From the sequence record MW349128.1: a stretch of 64,000 nt of DNA; one strand, 5' to 3'. Positions 21,401-30,949 of this stretch are shown here, one piece after another. Below the pieces are notes generated by a model. It was not told the DNA's origin. It did no database searches and saw only the letters and a list, made by a program, of their open reading frames with translations. The stretch's first letter is position 1. The number at the start of each line of letters is the position of its first letter. The position numbers and the translations under genes are program-made.

Positions 21401-24200
21401 CAGCTTTTTTAATTAAACCACCAAAACCTTCAGATTTTTCTTCCATCATACTATCAGTAGAATCACCAAATCCTTTAGCCATTCCAGTAGTTTTTTGTAC
21501 CATATTCATACCTAGACCAAAAGCAGGTTTTACAATTCCTTTATAAAGTCCAACTCCAGCTAATCCCATTAAAGGAACTTGAGCTAATAAAGGATTGTCT
21601 TTAATAAAACTTCCAATTAATGAAGAACTATCTTTATCACCAGTTAATTTAGAATCAACTAAAGGATCAACACTAAATTTAGCATTTTCACCGTTAGGTT
21701 GCTCTGAATCTAATTTCTCTTGTTCTTTTTTCTGTTTTGCAGGGTGATCATTAAAACCTATAAAGCTTCCTAAAGTTTTAATTGGATGTTTAAGAGATTC
21801 AATTGGATGTGCTATAGTACTCATTATTTCAGGAGCAGACAATAATATAGATAAAGGTAATCCTACACCAGTTGCGGCCAGTCCTACTCTTGAACCTACT
21901 TTCAAACCAGCTTTAACTATACCTTTACCGGCTTTAGATCTCATTAATTTACTTCCAACTTTACTTGCACCAAATTTACCTTTAGCTTTATTTCTTAGTT
22001 TAGAACGTAATCCTCTTCCAGCACCAGATAACAAAGCTCCACCAGCAGCAAATTTACCGGCAAGTGATTCACCAGCACCTATAACACTTTTACCAATTTT
22101 AGTATTAGCCATTTTACTATCTAATACTTTTCTTTTAAGTTTATCTTTATCAATATCTTTAATTTTATCTTTAGCTTTTTCTTCTATTTTATCTTTAATC
22201 TCATCTTTTAATGGATTATCTTCTTTTTCTTCTTGTTGTCTATTTACTTCAGAAGCATGAGCTTCATTACTATCTGAGATCAAAGTAGATTTTTGTTTAT
22301 CTTTATTATTTAAATTATTTCCATTATTAGAATTAGAAGAATTATTAGAATTAGAAGACTTAGTATCTTTAATATCATCCAATTTTTCTTTAATTTCATC
22401 AAATTTACTATCTTGTTTTTGACTATCTCCAGATACAATATTATTATTATCATTTTGTGAAGATTGTTGATTATTTTTTCTTACATCTAGTTTATCATTT
22501 ATTCTAGATACAATATTTTTAATTTCACTTATATCGCTATTGATAATATTAAAATTAATGTCAGAAAATTCATTGTTACCTTTAGAAGCATATGACTTAG
22601 GTTTTTGACCTTTATCATTAACTGCATTTATAGTACTTCCGCCAAGATTTTTTCTAATTGATTTAGATTTTTGATTCAATTGCATTCTAGCTTTAGTTAA
22701 ACTAGTTTTTACTTCTTTATCTTCAAATAGCTCTTCTAAAAGACTATTTACATTAGATGACTTAGTTTTAACTTTATCACTATCTTTAGAACTATTAACA
22801 TTTTCACTAATAATATTTTTTACTAATGATTTATAATCTTTAGAGTCTATATTTTTATCTTTAGCTTTACTTTCAACTCTTTTAAAGAATTCAGAACTTT
22901 CAATAGTTTTATCTATAGATTTTTTAATTTCATCATTAATAGTTTTAGATGTTTTAAAAGATCCTGAATCATAATCATAATGAATTTCTTCACCATCTTC
23001 AGAAGTTAAACCAACTATTTTAGATAAATAACCAGGAATAACTGTATTAATAGTACTATGTGTTTCAACATCAAAAGCTACTCTTTCATTTTTATTCTTT
23101 TTATTTGCTGTTGAAATTCCACCATCTATATTATTAAATAATTTATCTATAAGTTTGCTTTTCTGTTTATCTATGAAATCACGATTAGTTTTCTTCTTAT
23201 CTTCTTTATTTTCATCTTTAGTAAATACCGTTGACATATTTGTTAGCTTTTCACTAATTTTATCACTGTTTATTATATCAAAAGCTTTACCTTTAGCACT
23301 GTCTAAAAGTCCACCTTGTATGCCTTTAGTTCTACTCCCAATAATATCTTTAACTAATTCAATACCTTGTTTTTTAGCAAATTCTTTAGCTTTATCTTTA
23401 AAACCATCTGCTTGACTACCACTTAGTATATTAGAAAGAGTTATATTAGATAAGAACAAATCTTCTAAAGAATTACTATTTTTAATTTCACTTATATTTT
23501 TTACAGATGTATTATTTCTAATATCATTACTAGTTTTGATTAAACCTGTTAATCCTTCAAATAAATTCTCTCTAACATTATCATTAGTTTCTCTCATGTA
23601 ATGAAGAGTTTCCATTAAATTATTAAAACCTGTGGCATTAATTTGAGATAAATTAGATATAGAAGAAGTTAAAAGAGCAGAAGATTTAGCTGAAGATGAA
23701 TTATCATTAATTACTGTTGTTGATGAAATGACTTCAGATTTATTACTTTCTTCTTCATCAAAATCATCGAAAGAAAAATCTCCTATTTCATCATTATCTG
23801 AATTTTCATCACTCATATCAAAATCATCAAAGCTACTGAAATCAAAATCATCGCCCATATCCATTGTTCCGCCATCTAAATTGGATGATTTATTTAAAGC
23901 TCCTTTATCTATGATCGTTTCACCAGTTTTTAAAGTTCTTTTAGTACTTTTAAGAGCTTCTTTAGATAAATCTTTCCCAGTTTCAGTTAACTTCTTAAAT
24001 TGTTCTTTTCTATTATCTTTAACTTCTTTGATAGCTTTTAAAGGATTATTGTTATCAATAAGTTTTTTCATATTGTTTGATTTCATGTTATTCAAATTCT
24101 TTTTGAATTCATTATCAATGTATTTTCTAGAAGAATTAGAAGAGGAGTTCCTATTGAACTCTCTTTCTAATTTCTTATTATTAAATTTATCTTTAGCCAA
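18456..24200 (-). CDS. Tape-measure-like virion protein with phage-tail lysozyme and NlpC/P60 domains, 1914 aa
   Basis: VWNFFAEKG...IAGILGNFERES...GLAQW...LDAQLDFMWYEL (lysozyme); YSQSNRQGKNSFDCSSL...NHVTMYIG (NlpC/P60 Cys/His). Confidence 0.8.
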   Translation of the reverse strand: MAKDKFNNKKLEREFNRNSSSNSSRKYIDNEFKKNLNNMKSNNMKKLIDNNNPLKAIKEVKDNRKEQFKKLTETGKDLSKEALKSTKRTLKTGETIIDKGALNKSSNLDGGTMDMGDDFDFSSFDDFDMSDENSDNDEIGDFSFDDFDEEESNKSEVISSTTVINDNSSSAKSSALLTSSISNLSQINATGFNNLMETLHYMRETNDNVRENLFEGLTGLIKTSNDIRNNTSVKNISEIKNSNSLEDLFLSNITLSNILSGSQADGFKDKAKEFAKKQGIELVKDIIGSRTKGIQGGLLDSAKGKAFDIINSDKISEKLTNMSTVFTKDENKEDKKKTNRDFIDKQKSKLIDKLFNNIDGGISTANKKNKNERVAFDVETHSTINTVIPGYLSKIVGLTSEDGEEIHYDYDSGSFKTSKTINDEIKKSIDKTIESSEFFKRVESKAKDKNIDSKDYKSLVKNIISENVNSSKDSDKVKTKSSNVNSLLEELFEDKEVKTSLTKARMQLNQKSKSIRKNLGGSTINAVNDKGQKPKSYASKGNNEFSDINFNIINSDISEIKNIVSRINDKLDVRKNNQQSSQNDNNNIVSGDSQKQDSKFDEIKEKLDDIKDTKSSNSNNSSNSNNGNNLNNKDKQKSTLISDSNEAHASEVNRQQEEKEDNPLKDEIKDKIEEKAKDKIKDIDKDKLKRKVLDSKMANTKIGKSVIGAGESLAGKFAAGGALLSGAGRGLRSKLRNKAKGKFGASKVGSKLMRSKAGKGIVKAGLKVGSRVGLAATGVGLPLSILLSAPEIMSTIAHPIESLKHPIKTLGSFIGFNDHPAKQKKEQEKLDSEQPNGENAKFSVDPLVDSKLTGDKDSSSLIGSFIKDNPLLAQVPLMGLAGVGLYKGIVKPAFGLGMNMVQKTTGMAKGFGDSTDSMMEEKSEGFGGLIKKAVGGASMLLMAPLAMAGKGISNMVGATSNLIQGGIGLAKNLSGFLDDKFSSHEEDMSNQSREMVEASKEELGSYQEGIEDHASERAKKEMAEMQGMSDKASKDAKKQVEESTNKTKDNIEKDVNGVMKNSPLSIMGKISEKMHKMMPNNLMSKLKKAPKKLAETMLRLSPFYSLLSKKKKKKSKKDITDPDGEVVNKIGDWFDKLGGMMNDIMAGFMAGSSGSSSSEGSSDGGAESVDGKDVASKVWNFFAEKGLEDHQIAGILGNFERESKMDPGAEQNSGWVGGKGLAQWDDRKDNLKAFAEKKGKKWSDLDAQLDFMWYELQGSESAAWSAIKKAKNVDEATVVWENLYERAGVKVIPERQSNAKKWLDKLGGSSKKSTKAKGGGSSTVYSDTNVNQFANMVSSTSNKNKKVGKTGLVLEKPTITGGVYGKGGGSGGSERDKIKQAVQWAIAQDGATYSQSNRQGKNSFDCSSLIARSFKKAGLEMDINATTFTFRDGGTKFRKISKGTKKKIGDITLCDNDNHVTMYIGGGKQVESYYGHGVAVTPANKYQKMGLQIGITMRYGGGGPDDTGKPLDGSDKIGGSDSEGGDSNGSSAGASEYSFKNGTWYGSITGRDDNRMDEEEQEALNDRLMKRYARIYGIDYEEAKKIDEEQQAELKAKAGKEATESGSSSGSSSSSDDSEGSSGKDGSDGKDGKDGSSPSYSSGADGNNQSSSGSQGNVNNNQNNSSIINNGGNNSSTVINNNYNNGKPTTNNNSITNQTIQGNNNTVRNIYNITNNYNNSKVNYENKGPMKVDPQKRMDLDNIIKHTSNIDKNTAKMLEQLKDMSFKGKNINKDGNTTNISNTIINNKGDLVDSKGNVIIKDIQKELEKIIKENPNIINNGKDGQNGSNGNNGSNGSNGSNGNNSNNNGNDNQSNPNNPNNPNNPNDPNNPYTPDGSSQDPSTGNQDLQEAIRDSYGDRFVIDVRPAIPVFSGK
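18588..18725. repeat. Low-complexity coding repeats (GSN and NPN units)
   Basis: Encodes GQNGSNGNNGSNGSNGSNGN and NPNNPNNPNNPNDPNNP; 9-nt periodic GGATTATTA / CCATTAGAT. Confidence 0.8.
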
Positions 24201-24221
24201 TTTTTATTCTCACCACTCTTT

Positions 24222-27200
24222 TTATTTTAATTCTTCTAAAAGTCTATCTAATTCTTTAGTAGAAGCTAATGTATTTCTATCTATATTTGACAACATTTTA
24301 ACGAGGTCATCTGAATACCAATATTGCTCATAATCATATATATAATCTGTATTACCATTAGTTACAGTTGAATTTTTATAATTATTTACAATTTTATTAT
24401 AATGATTTGTAGTTTTATTTTTACCTTTTACAAATTCTTGTTTTACATCGGTATTATTAACAGTACTTCCTTGACCTTGATTATAATTATTATTTGTTGT
24501 ATTATTACTTGTATTACCTTGATTATTTTGTGTTGATTTATTACTATTAGAAAAACCACTATTCTCTAATGTTGGTAATTGGAAACCATTACCTAATTTA
24601 GAAATTTGACTACCTGCTTTTTCAATATTTTCTTTAGCTTTATCCTTAGAAGAACTTGCAGAAGATCCAGAATCTTTATCGTCTCCATCTTTAGATGAAC
24701 TTGATCCGCTTGAAGATCCAGACTCAGTAGCTTCTTTACCTGCTTTAGCTTTAAGCTCTTCTTGTTGTTCTTTATCTATTTTCTTAGCTTCTTCATAGTC
24801 AATTCCATAGATTTTAGCATAACGTTTCATTAAACGATCATTAAGCTCTTCTTGTTCTTCTTCATCCATTCTTCTATCATCTCTACCGGTAATAGAACCA
24901 TACCAAGTACCATTTTTGAAACTGTATTCTCCGGCTCCGGAACCTGAAGAAGAATCAGAACTATCACTATCAGAAGATTCACCATCTTCATCTTTAGAAA
25001 CTTTAGATTCAGATCCTTTTTCATCTTCATCTTTATTATCTTTTTTATCAGCTTTAGATTTTTCTTTTTCTACTTCTTTATCAATTTTTTCTTCTGCTTT
25101 TTTATCATCAGAAGAACCTCCACCACCAATATAAGGATTTACATACATTTTTATTAAATCTACTAATATCATTCTACCTTTATTAGTTGGCATATAACCA
25201 TCTTCTTTAACTAAAACAGAATTAGCTTTACTAAACCAGTCAATTATATTAGCTGCACTAGCATTAATTGATTCATTGACTGCATTCATCAAATCAGTTA
25301 AATCTAAACTAGTACCGTTTTTATTACTATTGAAATAAGTATTAACGAAATATACATTAGCTTTATCATACATATTCTGTATTTCTGATATTTCTCCTGT
25401 AGATAATCCTCCGTTTAAACCTAATTGGATGACTATTGCTACACCTGTTCTGTTATACTCATCAATATTATTCTGTAATATTCTTCTACCAGATTCAGAT
25501 CCACCAGAATATTGTTTCCCTACAGAAGCTTCTATTTTAGCACCTTTAATTTTAATTCTAAGATCATTTGAAGCATCTTTAGTTATTTCATCACCTATAA
25601 TCAAAATTTTATTAAATTGATTTGATGATCTTAATATTCCAGTTTGTTTTTTCTCTTTACTTTCTTTAATTGCATTAAATACTTTATTTACTTTTTTAGC
25701 TTTTTCTTTAACTTTATAATCATCTTGCTTATTGATTCTATTTATTTGTGTATTAATTTTATCTTGCTCTCTCTTTTGTTGAGCAATTTCTTTTCTTCGG
25801 TTCTGCATATCTTGGATGCTTTTCTTCTTAAGTTGTCTTTGCATAGATACAGAATTCATATCACCTACTAGTGAATGACCTCCACCTTTATCTTTTTCAC
25901 CTTTTTTACTACTTCCACCTTTAGAACTACTCTTATCGTCATCATCATCTGAACCTTTACCTTTTACTTTAGCAAATACATAAGGTGCTGGATCAATTGC
26001 AGTTTCATTTGAAGGTCTTCCTTTCATGACCTGGAAGTGCATATGTGGTGCAGTAGTTTGAGCCCCTGTATTACCAGAGACGGCAATTTTTTGACCTACT
26101 CCTACTTTATCACCTTTTTTAGCAGTTATTTTACTATTATGCATATACCAAGTGTAGATACTACCGTTTTTGACCTCAACGATATTACCTCCACCAACGT
26201 CTTTAATTATATTACTTACTGTACCAGGTACAATAGCTAATATATCTGTTCCTGTAGGCATACCAATATCTATACCCCAGTGTTTTGAACTTCCGTTAAA
26301 TGATAGTCCTTGATAATTACCAAATGGTTGCCAGAATTGGTGTTTCTTAATCCAAGCACCTGCAGCATTATCAGGTATTTTATTCAATACAGATTGTGAT
26401 GTAATAGAAGGTGCATTTTTATCTATTTCAATTTCATCACCTTGTAATTGTCCACTACTGCTACCTGATGAAGATGATGAATCTCCACCTGAACTAGAGT
26501 TTTTCATTTTAGACATGGCAACTACCATTTCTTCCATTTTAACTAAGAAACGTGCAAACCAATCACCAATTTCTCCTCCACCTTTAGTAGAGAAATCTAT
26601 TCCACCTTTTGCAATTTGATATAAACTACCTAAAGGAGTATCATAGAACATATTTTCTTGTATTTCTTCTTCAGCTTTAGGACCTGACTTCATTTTATTA
26701 TCAGTTATTGTTTTAAACATATCTCCACCAACTTTTGAAATTGGGAATAAAGGAGATGATCTAAACATCATTTTAGAAGTAGATAATATTAATCTTCCTA
26801 AACCTGTTTCATCTTCATTTTCTTTTTCTTCTTTTTCTCTAGCCTCAAGATTATCTCCTGGGTGTTTAGACAATCCGAAAAAGCTTCCTAAAGTTTTAAT
26901 TGGATGTTTAAGAGATTCAATAGGATGTTTTATAGTTTTGATAATATCTGGTGCCCACATTGCCGCACCTATAATAGGACCAACAATAGGTATAAAAGGT
27001 AATGCTGTTTTTAGACCAGCTTTTAAAGCAAATTTTCCAGCAGCTTTCATACCGCCTTTACTGAATAATTTATTTTTAGCTTTACCTAAGAATCCAAAAG
27101 TTTTTTTACCCCCATTTTTTATAGAGCTAAATATACCTTTACCTATAGAACTAGCTTTTTTAAAACCTTTACCTAAAAATTTACCCGTTTTAGTTAATCC

Positions 27201-30146
27201 CTTAACTGCAAATGATTTTACTTTAGGTAACTTTTTAGCACCCCATTTTACTACAGATGCACCTGTATTGAATGCACCTTTACCAAATTTAACAGTTTTA
27301 TTGAATACACCTTTACCAAATTTAACAGTTTTTCCAAATATATTTTTACCTAAATTTCCAATACCTTTTATTAAATTTTTAGTTTTCCCATAAAAGTTCT
27401 TTCCTATATCTACAACTTTACCAATAGCACCTTTAACTTTACCAGGTAGTCCTCTAACTACATCAAGCATTTTCATTGCACCTTCAGGTAAGAATTTCTT
27501 TAGTATCTTAGGTAAGAATTTTGCTGCTATAGCACCTCCACCTAACATTAAACCAGCTTTACCTAAAAATCCTAATCCTGTTCCAACACTACCCATTAGA
27601 CCTTTTTCTTGATCTTTTTTCCTTTTACCGTTCATTAATTTAGCCAAAACAGTAGCAGATAGTCCTGCAAAAGCAATTGTTCCTGGTTTACTAAAATCTA
27701 ACATTGAGTTCATTAATTTCTTAGTACCTGTTTCTTTTTCAGCTGCTCCACCAGAGCCAAATTTAAGAGTTCCTCTTAAATCTTCAGCAACCTTTGTTTT
27801 ACTAGATCCTGATAATTTTGATATAACGTCTTCACCAGTCTCAGCAGCATTTGCAGTTGATAAACCTTTTTTCATTTCATCTAATTTTTTATTATCATCA
27901 GATTGATTCATGTCGTTTATCATAGTTTTACTTTGCTTAGGATAAGCAGTGCTAATTAAATTTTCAAGATATTTTCTAGCTTTAGATTGCTTTTCTTCTC
28001 TAGATAAATCATCAATACTTTTAGTTGGTTCTTTATTTAAATCAACTTTATTATTACTCTGAGGTCCTTTAATATTCTTTATTAAATTCATTAAAGGATG
28101 ATTATCTGTATAGTTATTATCTATGATACCAGAATTATGATCTTCATTATTACCATTATTATTAGTGTTTTCTCTTAAAATAGATGAAGGATCTTTACGC
28201 ATATCATTAAATTTATTAACAGAACTTGATAGTTTACCTAATTTGTCTTGAACTGATTTTGTTTTTTCATTAGATAAATAACTAGGTAAATTAAACTTAC
28301 TAGACGAATCTATAATACTATTAATTTTTCCTATTTTATCATTTACATAATCTTTATTATTGCTTATATTTTCTGGATTAATATCGTCTAATTTACTTTC
28401 TATTTCTAAGAATAATTTTTTAAGTTCATCAAGATCATCATTCTTCCATTCGATATCAGAATAATCTTTAACTTCATTAATTTTATTTACTCTAGCAGAA
28501 CTTGATTGAGTTTCATTATTTCTTCTTTTTAATCCTTTAATATCTGTAAATGACATTAATGTTGAATCATCTTTACCAATCTTGTTATACTCAGAGCCTA
28601 TTGATTTCTTAATATTAAAAAGATCAATATTAAATTTAGATATATCATTATTGAAAATATTTTCAATAATATCTGAATAATTTATATCCTTAGTATGCTT
28701 AGATAATTCATCTTTATTTTTTACTGGTTTATTAATTTTACTTAAAGAGAGTAAGATATCTTTAATTTCTTCATCTTCAATACCATTATCAGATAAATCT
28801 TTTCCTAATTTAGTATCTTTAAAATTAAATAATGATTTTTCTTTTAATTTATCATTTATATTTTTTCTAGTATTCTCTCTACTATCCCAAGTTCCTTCAG
28901 AATAGTTATATATACTACCTAATTCACTATTATTAACTAAACCGTTAGATTTTCCTTCTCTTTTAGCAATTAGGTTACCTTGTAATCTAGATAAAAGATC
29001 TGGTATAGCTTTATTAATAGAAGTATGACTTTCCCTATCAAATTGAACCGGAGTACTTTTATCTCTTTTATTCTTAGTTGATATTGTTCCATCACTTAAA
29101 ACGTTATCTTTTAAATTTCCGATTCTTTTATTAAGTGCTTCACCTAAATTAGAAATATATTTATTATCATTACCTTTAAGTTTATCTAAGGTATTTGATA
29201 ACCTTCCTTCATCATCAGTCAGTTCACTTACTAATAAAGAACCTAAATTATTAGGATCAAATTTTCTATTAAGTCTACTAAATATACCTTTATTTTCAAC
29301 ATCATCTGGATCGTATCCTGAAGTACTTCCATACATCAATTTCTTCATGCCCATTTGAGCACCTGTAGTTAATGCTAATTCAATAGGATTTTTTGCAAAT
29401 CCCATTAATATATTCTTAAGTCCTTCAGAACCACCTAACATACTTATCATTGAATTATTTTCAATATTTGTTTTATTATCTAAATATTTTAATAAACTTA
29501 TATTGCCATTAAGTATCTCAAATAGTTTACTTTGTTTTCCTCTTTTAGTGTTTTCTTCAAGTAAGGTATTTTGATATATAGAACTCTGTATTGATGCTAA
29601 ATTCGATACAGCTGAATTCATTAAAGTACTTGTAGCCTCATTTGATATCGCTAAATTTCTTAAAGCTATATTAGTTCCTGTAAAACCTTTTTGGTTAATC
29701 GTAGCGAGATTATTAAAAGCAATTAAAGGGGAATTTACTAGACTAGATTTCTTTTTATCTGAAACATTTATTATTTCAGATTTTGTACCATCATCATTAT
29801 CAATTATTTCAGTAATTGTTTCATACTCAGGTTTAGAATTTGATAGTTCTTCACTTTCTTCTGAAAATATATCATTTTCTTTTGAACTAGATTTAATGCT
29901 TTTTATTAAATTCTTAGTGGAAGATTTAATTTCAGAAACGTTTTTAATTCTTCTTTCTTCTTTATTCATTAAATTTAATCCATCAGAACCAATAACACTA
30001 TCTAATGCTGGATTTGATTTAATAAATGCATTGAAAAGAATACGACTAGTATTTTTAGAAGCATTTTTAATTATCTCTGATTTATTATTTTTTTCTAGCC
30101 TCTTTATATTCTTTTTATTATTATCCATTACTTTTAATTTCACCAC
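24222..30146 (-). CDS. Tape-measure-like virion protein with M23 peptidase and OatA-like SGNH domain, 1974 aa
   Basis: HWGIDIG...YMHN...PHMHFQV (M23 HxxxD/HxH); 11-residue F/W repeats (GKTVKFGKGVFNKTVKFGKGAF); SGNH-like block near the C-terminus. Confidence 0.8.
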   Translation of the reverse strand: MVKLKVMDNNKKNIKRLEKNNKSEIIKNASKNTSRILFNAFIKSNPALDSVIGSDGLNLMNKEERRIKNVSEIKSSTKNLIKSIKSSSKENDIFSEESEELSNSKPEYETITEIIDNDDGTKSEIINVSDKKKSSLVNSPLIAFNNLATINQKGFTGTNIALRNLAISNEATSTLMNSAVSNLASIQSSIYQNTLLEENTKRGKQSKLFEILNGNISLLKYLDNKTNIENNSMISMLGGSEGLKNILMGFAKNPIELALTTGAQMGMKKLMYGSTSGYDPDDVENKGIFSRLNRKFDPNNLGSLLVSELTDDEGRLSNTLDKLKGNDNKYISNLGEALNKRIGNLKDNVLSDGTISTKNKRDKSTPVQFDRESHTSINKAIPDLLSRLQGNLIAKREGKSNGLVNNSELGSIYNYSEGTWDSRENTRKNINDKLKEKSLFNFKDTKLGKDLSDNGIEDEEIKDILLSLSKINKPVKNKDELSKHTKDINYSDIIENIFNNDISKFNIDLFNIKKSIGSEYNKIGKDDSTLMSFTDIKGLKRRNNETQSSSARVNKINEVKDYSDIEWKNDDLDELKKLFLEIESKLDDINPENISNNKDYVNDKIGKINSIIDSSSKFNLPSYLSNEKTKSVQDKLGKLSSSVNKFNDMRKDPSSILRENTNNNGNNEDHNSGIIDNNYTDNHPLMNLIKNIKGPQSNNKVDLNKEPTKSIDDLSREEKQSKARKYLENLISTAYPKQSKTMINDMNQSDDNKKLDEMKKGLSTANAAETGEDVISKLSGSSKTKVAEDLRGTLKFGSGGAAEKETGTKKLMNSMLDFSKPGTIAFAGLSATVLAKLMNGKRKKDQEKGLMGSVGTGLGFLGKAGLMLGGGAIAAKFLPKILKKFLPEGAMKMLDVVRGLPGKVKGAIGKVVDIGKNFYGKTKNLIKGIGNLGKNIFGKTVKFGKGVFNKTVKFGKGAFNTGASVVKWGAKKLPKVKSFAVKGLTKTGKFLGKGFKKASSIGKGIFSSIKNGGKKTFGFLGKAKNKLFSKGGMKAAGKFALKAGLKTALPFIPIVGPIIGAAMWAPDIIKTIKHPIESLKHPIKTLGSFFGLSKHPGDNLEAREKEEKENEDETGLGRLILSTSKMMFRSSPLFPISKVGGDMFKTITDNKMKSGPKAEEEIQENMFYDTPLGSLYQIAKGGIDFSTKGGGEIGDWFARFLVKMEEMVVAMSKMKNSSSGGDSSSSSGSSSGQLQGDEIEIDKNAPSITSQSVLNKIPDNAAGAWIKKHQFWQPFGNYQGLSFNGSSKHWGIDIGMPTGTDILAIVPGTVSNIIKDVGGGNIVEVKNGSIYTWYMHNSKITAKKGDKVGVGQKIAVSGNTGAQTTAPHMHFQVMKGRPSNETAIDPAPYVFAKVKGKGSDDDDDKSSSKGGSSKKGEKDKGGGHSLVGDMNSVSMQRQLKKKSIQDMQNRRKEIAQQKREQDKINTQINRINKQDDYKVKEKAKKVNKVFNAIKESKEKKQTGILRSSNQFNKILIIGDEITKDASNDLRIKIKGAKIEASVGKQYSGGSESGRRILQNNIDEYNRTGVAIVIQLGLNGGLSTGEISEIQNMYDKANVYFVNTYFNSNKNGTSLDLTDLMNAVNESINASAANIIDWFSKANSVLVKEDGYMPTNKGRMILVDLIKMYVNPYIGGGGSSDDKKAEEKIDKEVEKEKSKADKKDNKDEDEKGSESKVSKDEDGESSDSDSSDSSSGSGAGEYSFKNGTWYGSITGRDDRRMDEEEQEELNDRLMKRYAKIYGIDYEEAKKIDKEQQEELKAKAGKEATESGSSSGSSSSKDGDDKDSGSSASSSKDKAKENIEKAGSQISKLGNGFQLPTLENSGFSNSNKSTQNNQGNTSNNTTNNNYNQGQGSTVNNTDVKQEFVKGKNKTTNHYNKIVNNYKNSTVTNGNTDYIYDYEQYWYSDDLVKMLSNIDRNTLASTKELDRLLEELK

Positions 30147-30163
30147 CGCTCATATTTTCTTAA

Positions 30164-30175
30164 TACAAATATGTT
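30164..30175 (-). promoter_or_regulatory. Putative late promoter upstream of the tape-measure pair
   Basis: AACAtatttgTA. Confidence 0.5.
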
Positions 30176-30222
30176 CCATCAAGTTATATGATTTGATAAT
30201 AATTTACAAAAAAAAACAAAAA

Positions 30223-30270
30223 TTTCCCTAACACAAATACTCCATTTAAGGAATATAAGTGTTAGGGAAA
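30223..30270 (-). terminator. Hairpin, probable terminator
   Basis: TTTCCCTAACAC ... GTGTTAGGGAAA with a long T tract on the minus strand. Confidence 0.7.
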
Positions 30271-30274
30271 ATAA

Positions 30275-30937
30275 TTATTTATTTTTAACTACTTCTTGAA
30301 TTTTATCTAATACTAAATCTACATCTTTTTCTAAAGATAATTTTTCAAATAACATAGTTAATAAGAAATCTATTGTTTTATGGTTAATAAAGAAAATAGA
30401 ACCAATAATATGATTCATTTCTTTTTTACTGACTTTTTTATTTTCTTGATGATATTTTCTATTAGGTGTTAATCTTCTTATATGACCACCATTATTAACC
30501 ACTGTTTTACTTACAGAATCAATTATTGTTTGATAGAATTTATCATCACTAACTTTTTCACCTGTATTTAATACAAAATCTTTACTGAAATTTAAATCAT
30601 TTAATTCTATTACATATTTGTATTCTAAATTATACTTCTCAATCAAAGTAGAATTTATAGAAACAAAATAAAGAATTATATCTAATAATTCAAGAGAAGC
30701 TAATGAAGTTAATTCATAGCGTTCCTTAATATTATCAGTCTTTAATAAATTATACATTTCAATATTAAACTCATAAGATTCTTCAATTATTTGAGGTAAA
30801 AATCTATCAATCATTTGATGTAATTCTTCGTCACCAAAATCATAACGTTTAATTACATCAATATGATTTAAATATAGATTCTCTATATTAATATTAATAC
30901 TTCTTTTCTTATTGTAAAAATGCTTCATTAATATCAT
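30275..30937 (-). CDS. Putative all-alpha NTP pyrophosphatase (MazG/dimeric dUTPase/T4 gp56-like)
   Basis: IIEESYEF...LELLDIILYF acidic ExxE/ExxD pattern. Confidence 0.35.
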   Translation of the reverse strand: MILMKHFYNKKRSININIENLYLNHIDVIKRYDFGDEELHQMIDRFLPQIIEESYEFNIEMYNLLKTDNIKERYELTSLASLELLDIILYFVSINSTLIEKYNLEYKYVIELNDLNFSKDFVLNTGEKVSDDKFYQTIIDSVSKTVVNNGGHIRRLTPNRKYHQENKKVSKKEMNHIIGSIFFINHKTIDFLLTMLFEKLSLEKDVDLVLDKIQEVVKNK

Positions 30938-30949
30938 CCAATCTATTTA

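Noticed and set aside
23728-24333. Antisense or overlapping ORFs (e.g. 23728-24333, 26938-27393, 31188-31673, 18371-18781, 29896-30231, 44664-44912)
   Set aside because: Shadow frames of long genes; S/L/F-rich composition expected from the reverse of K/E/N/D-rich coding, and no SD
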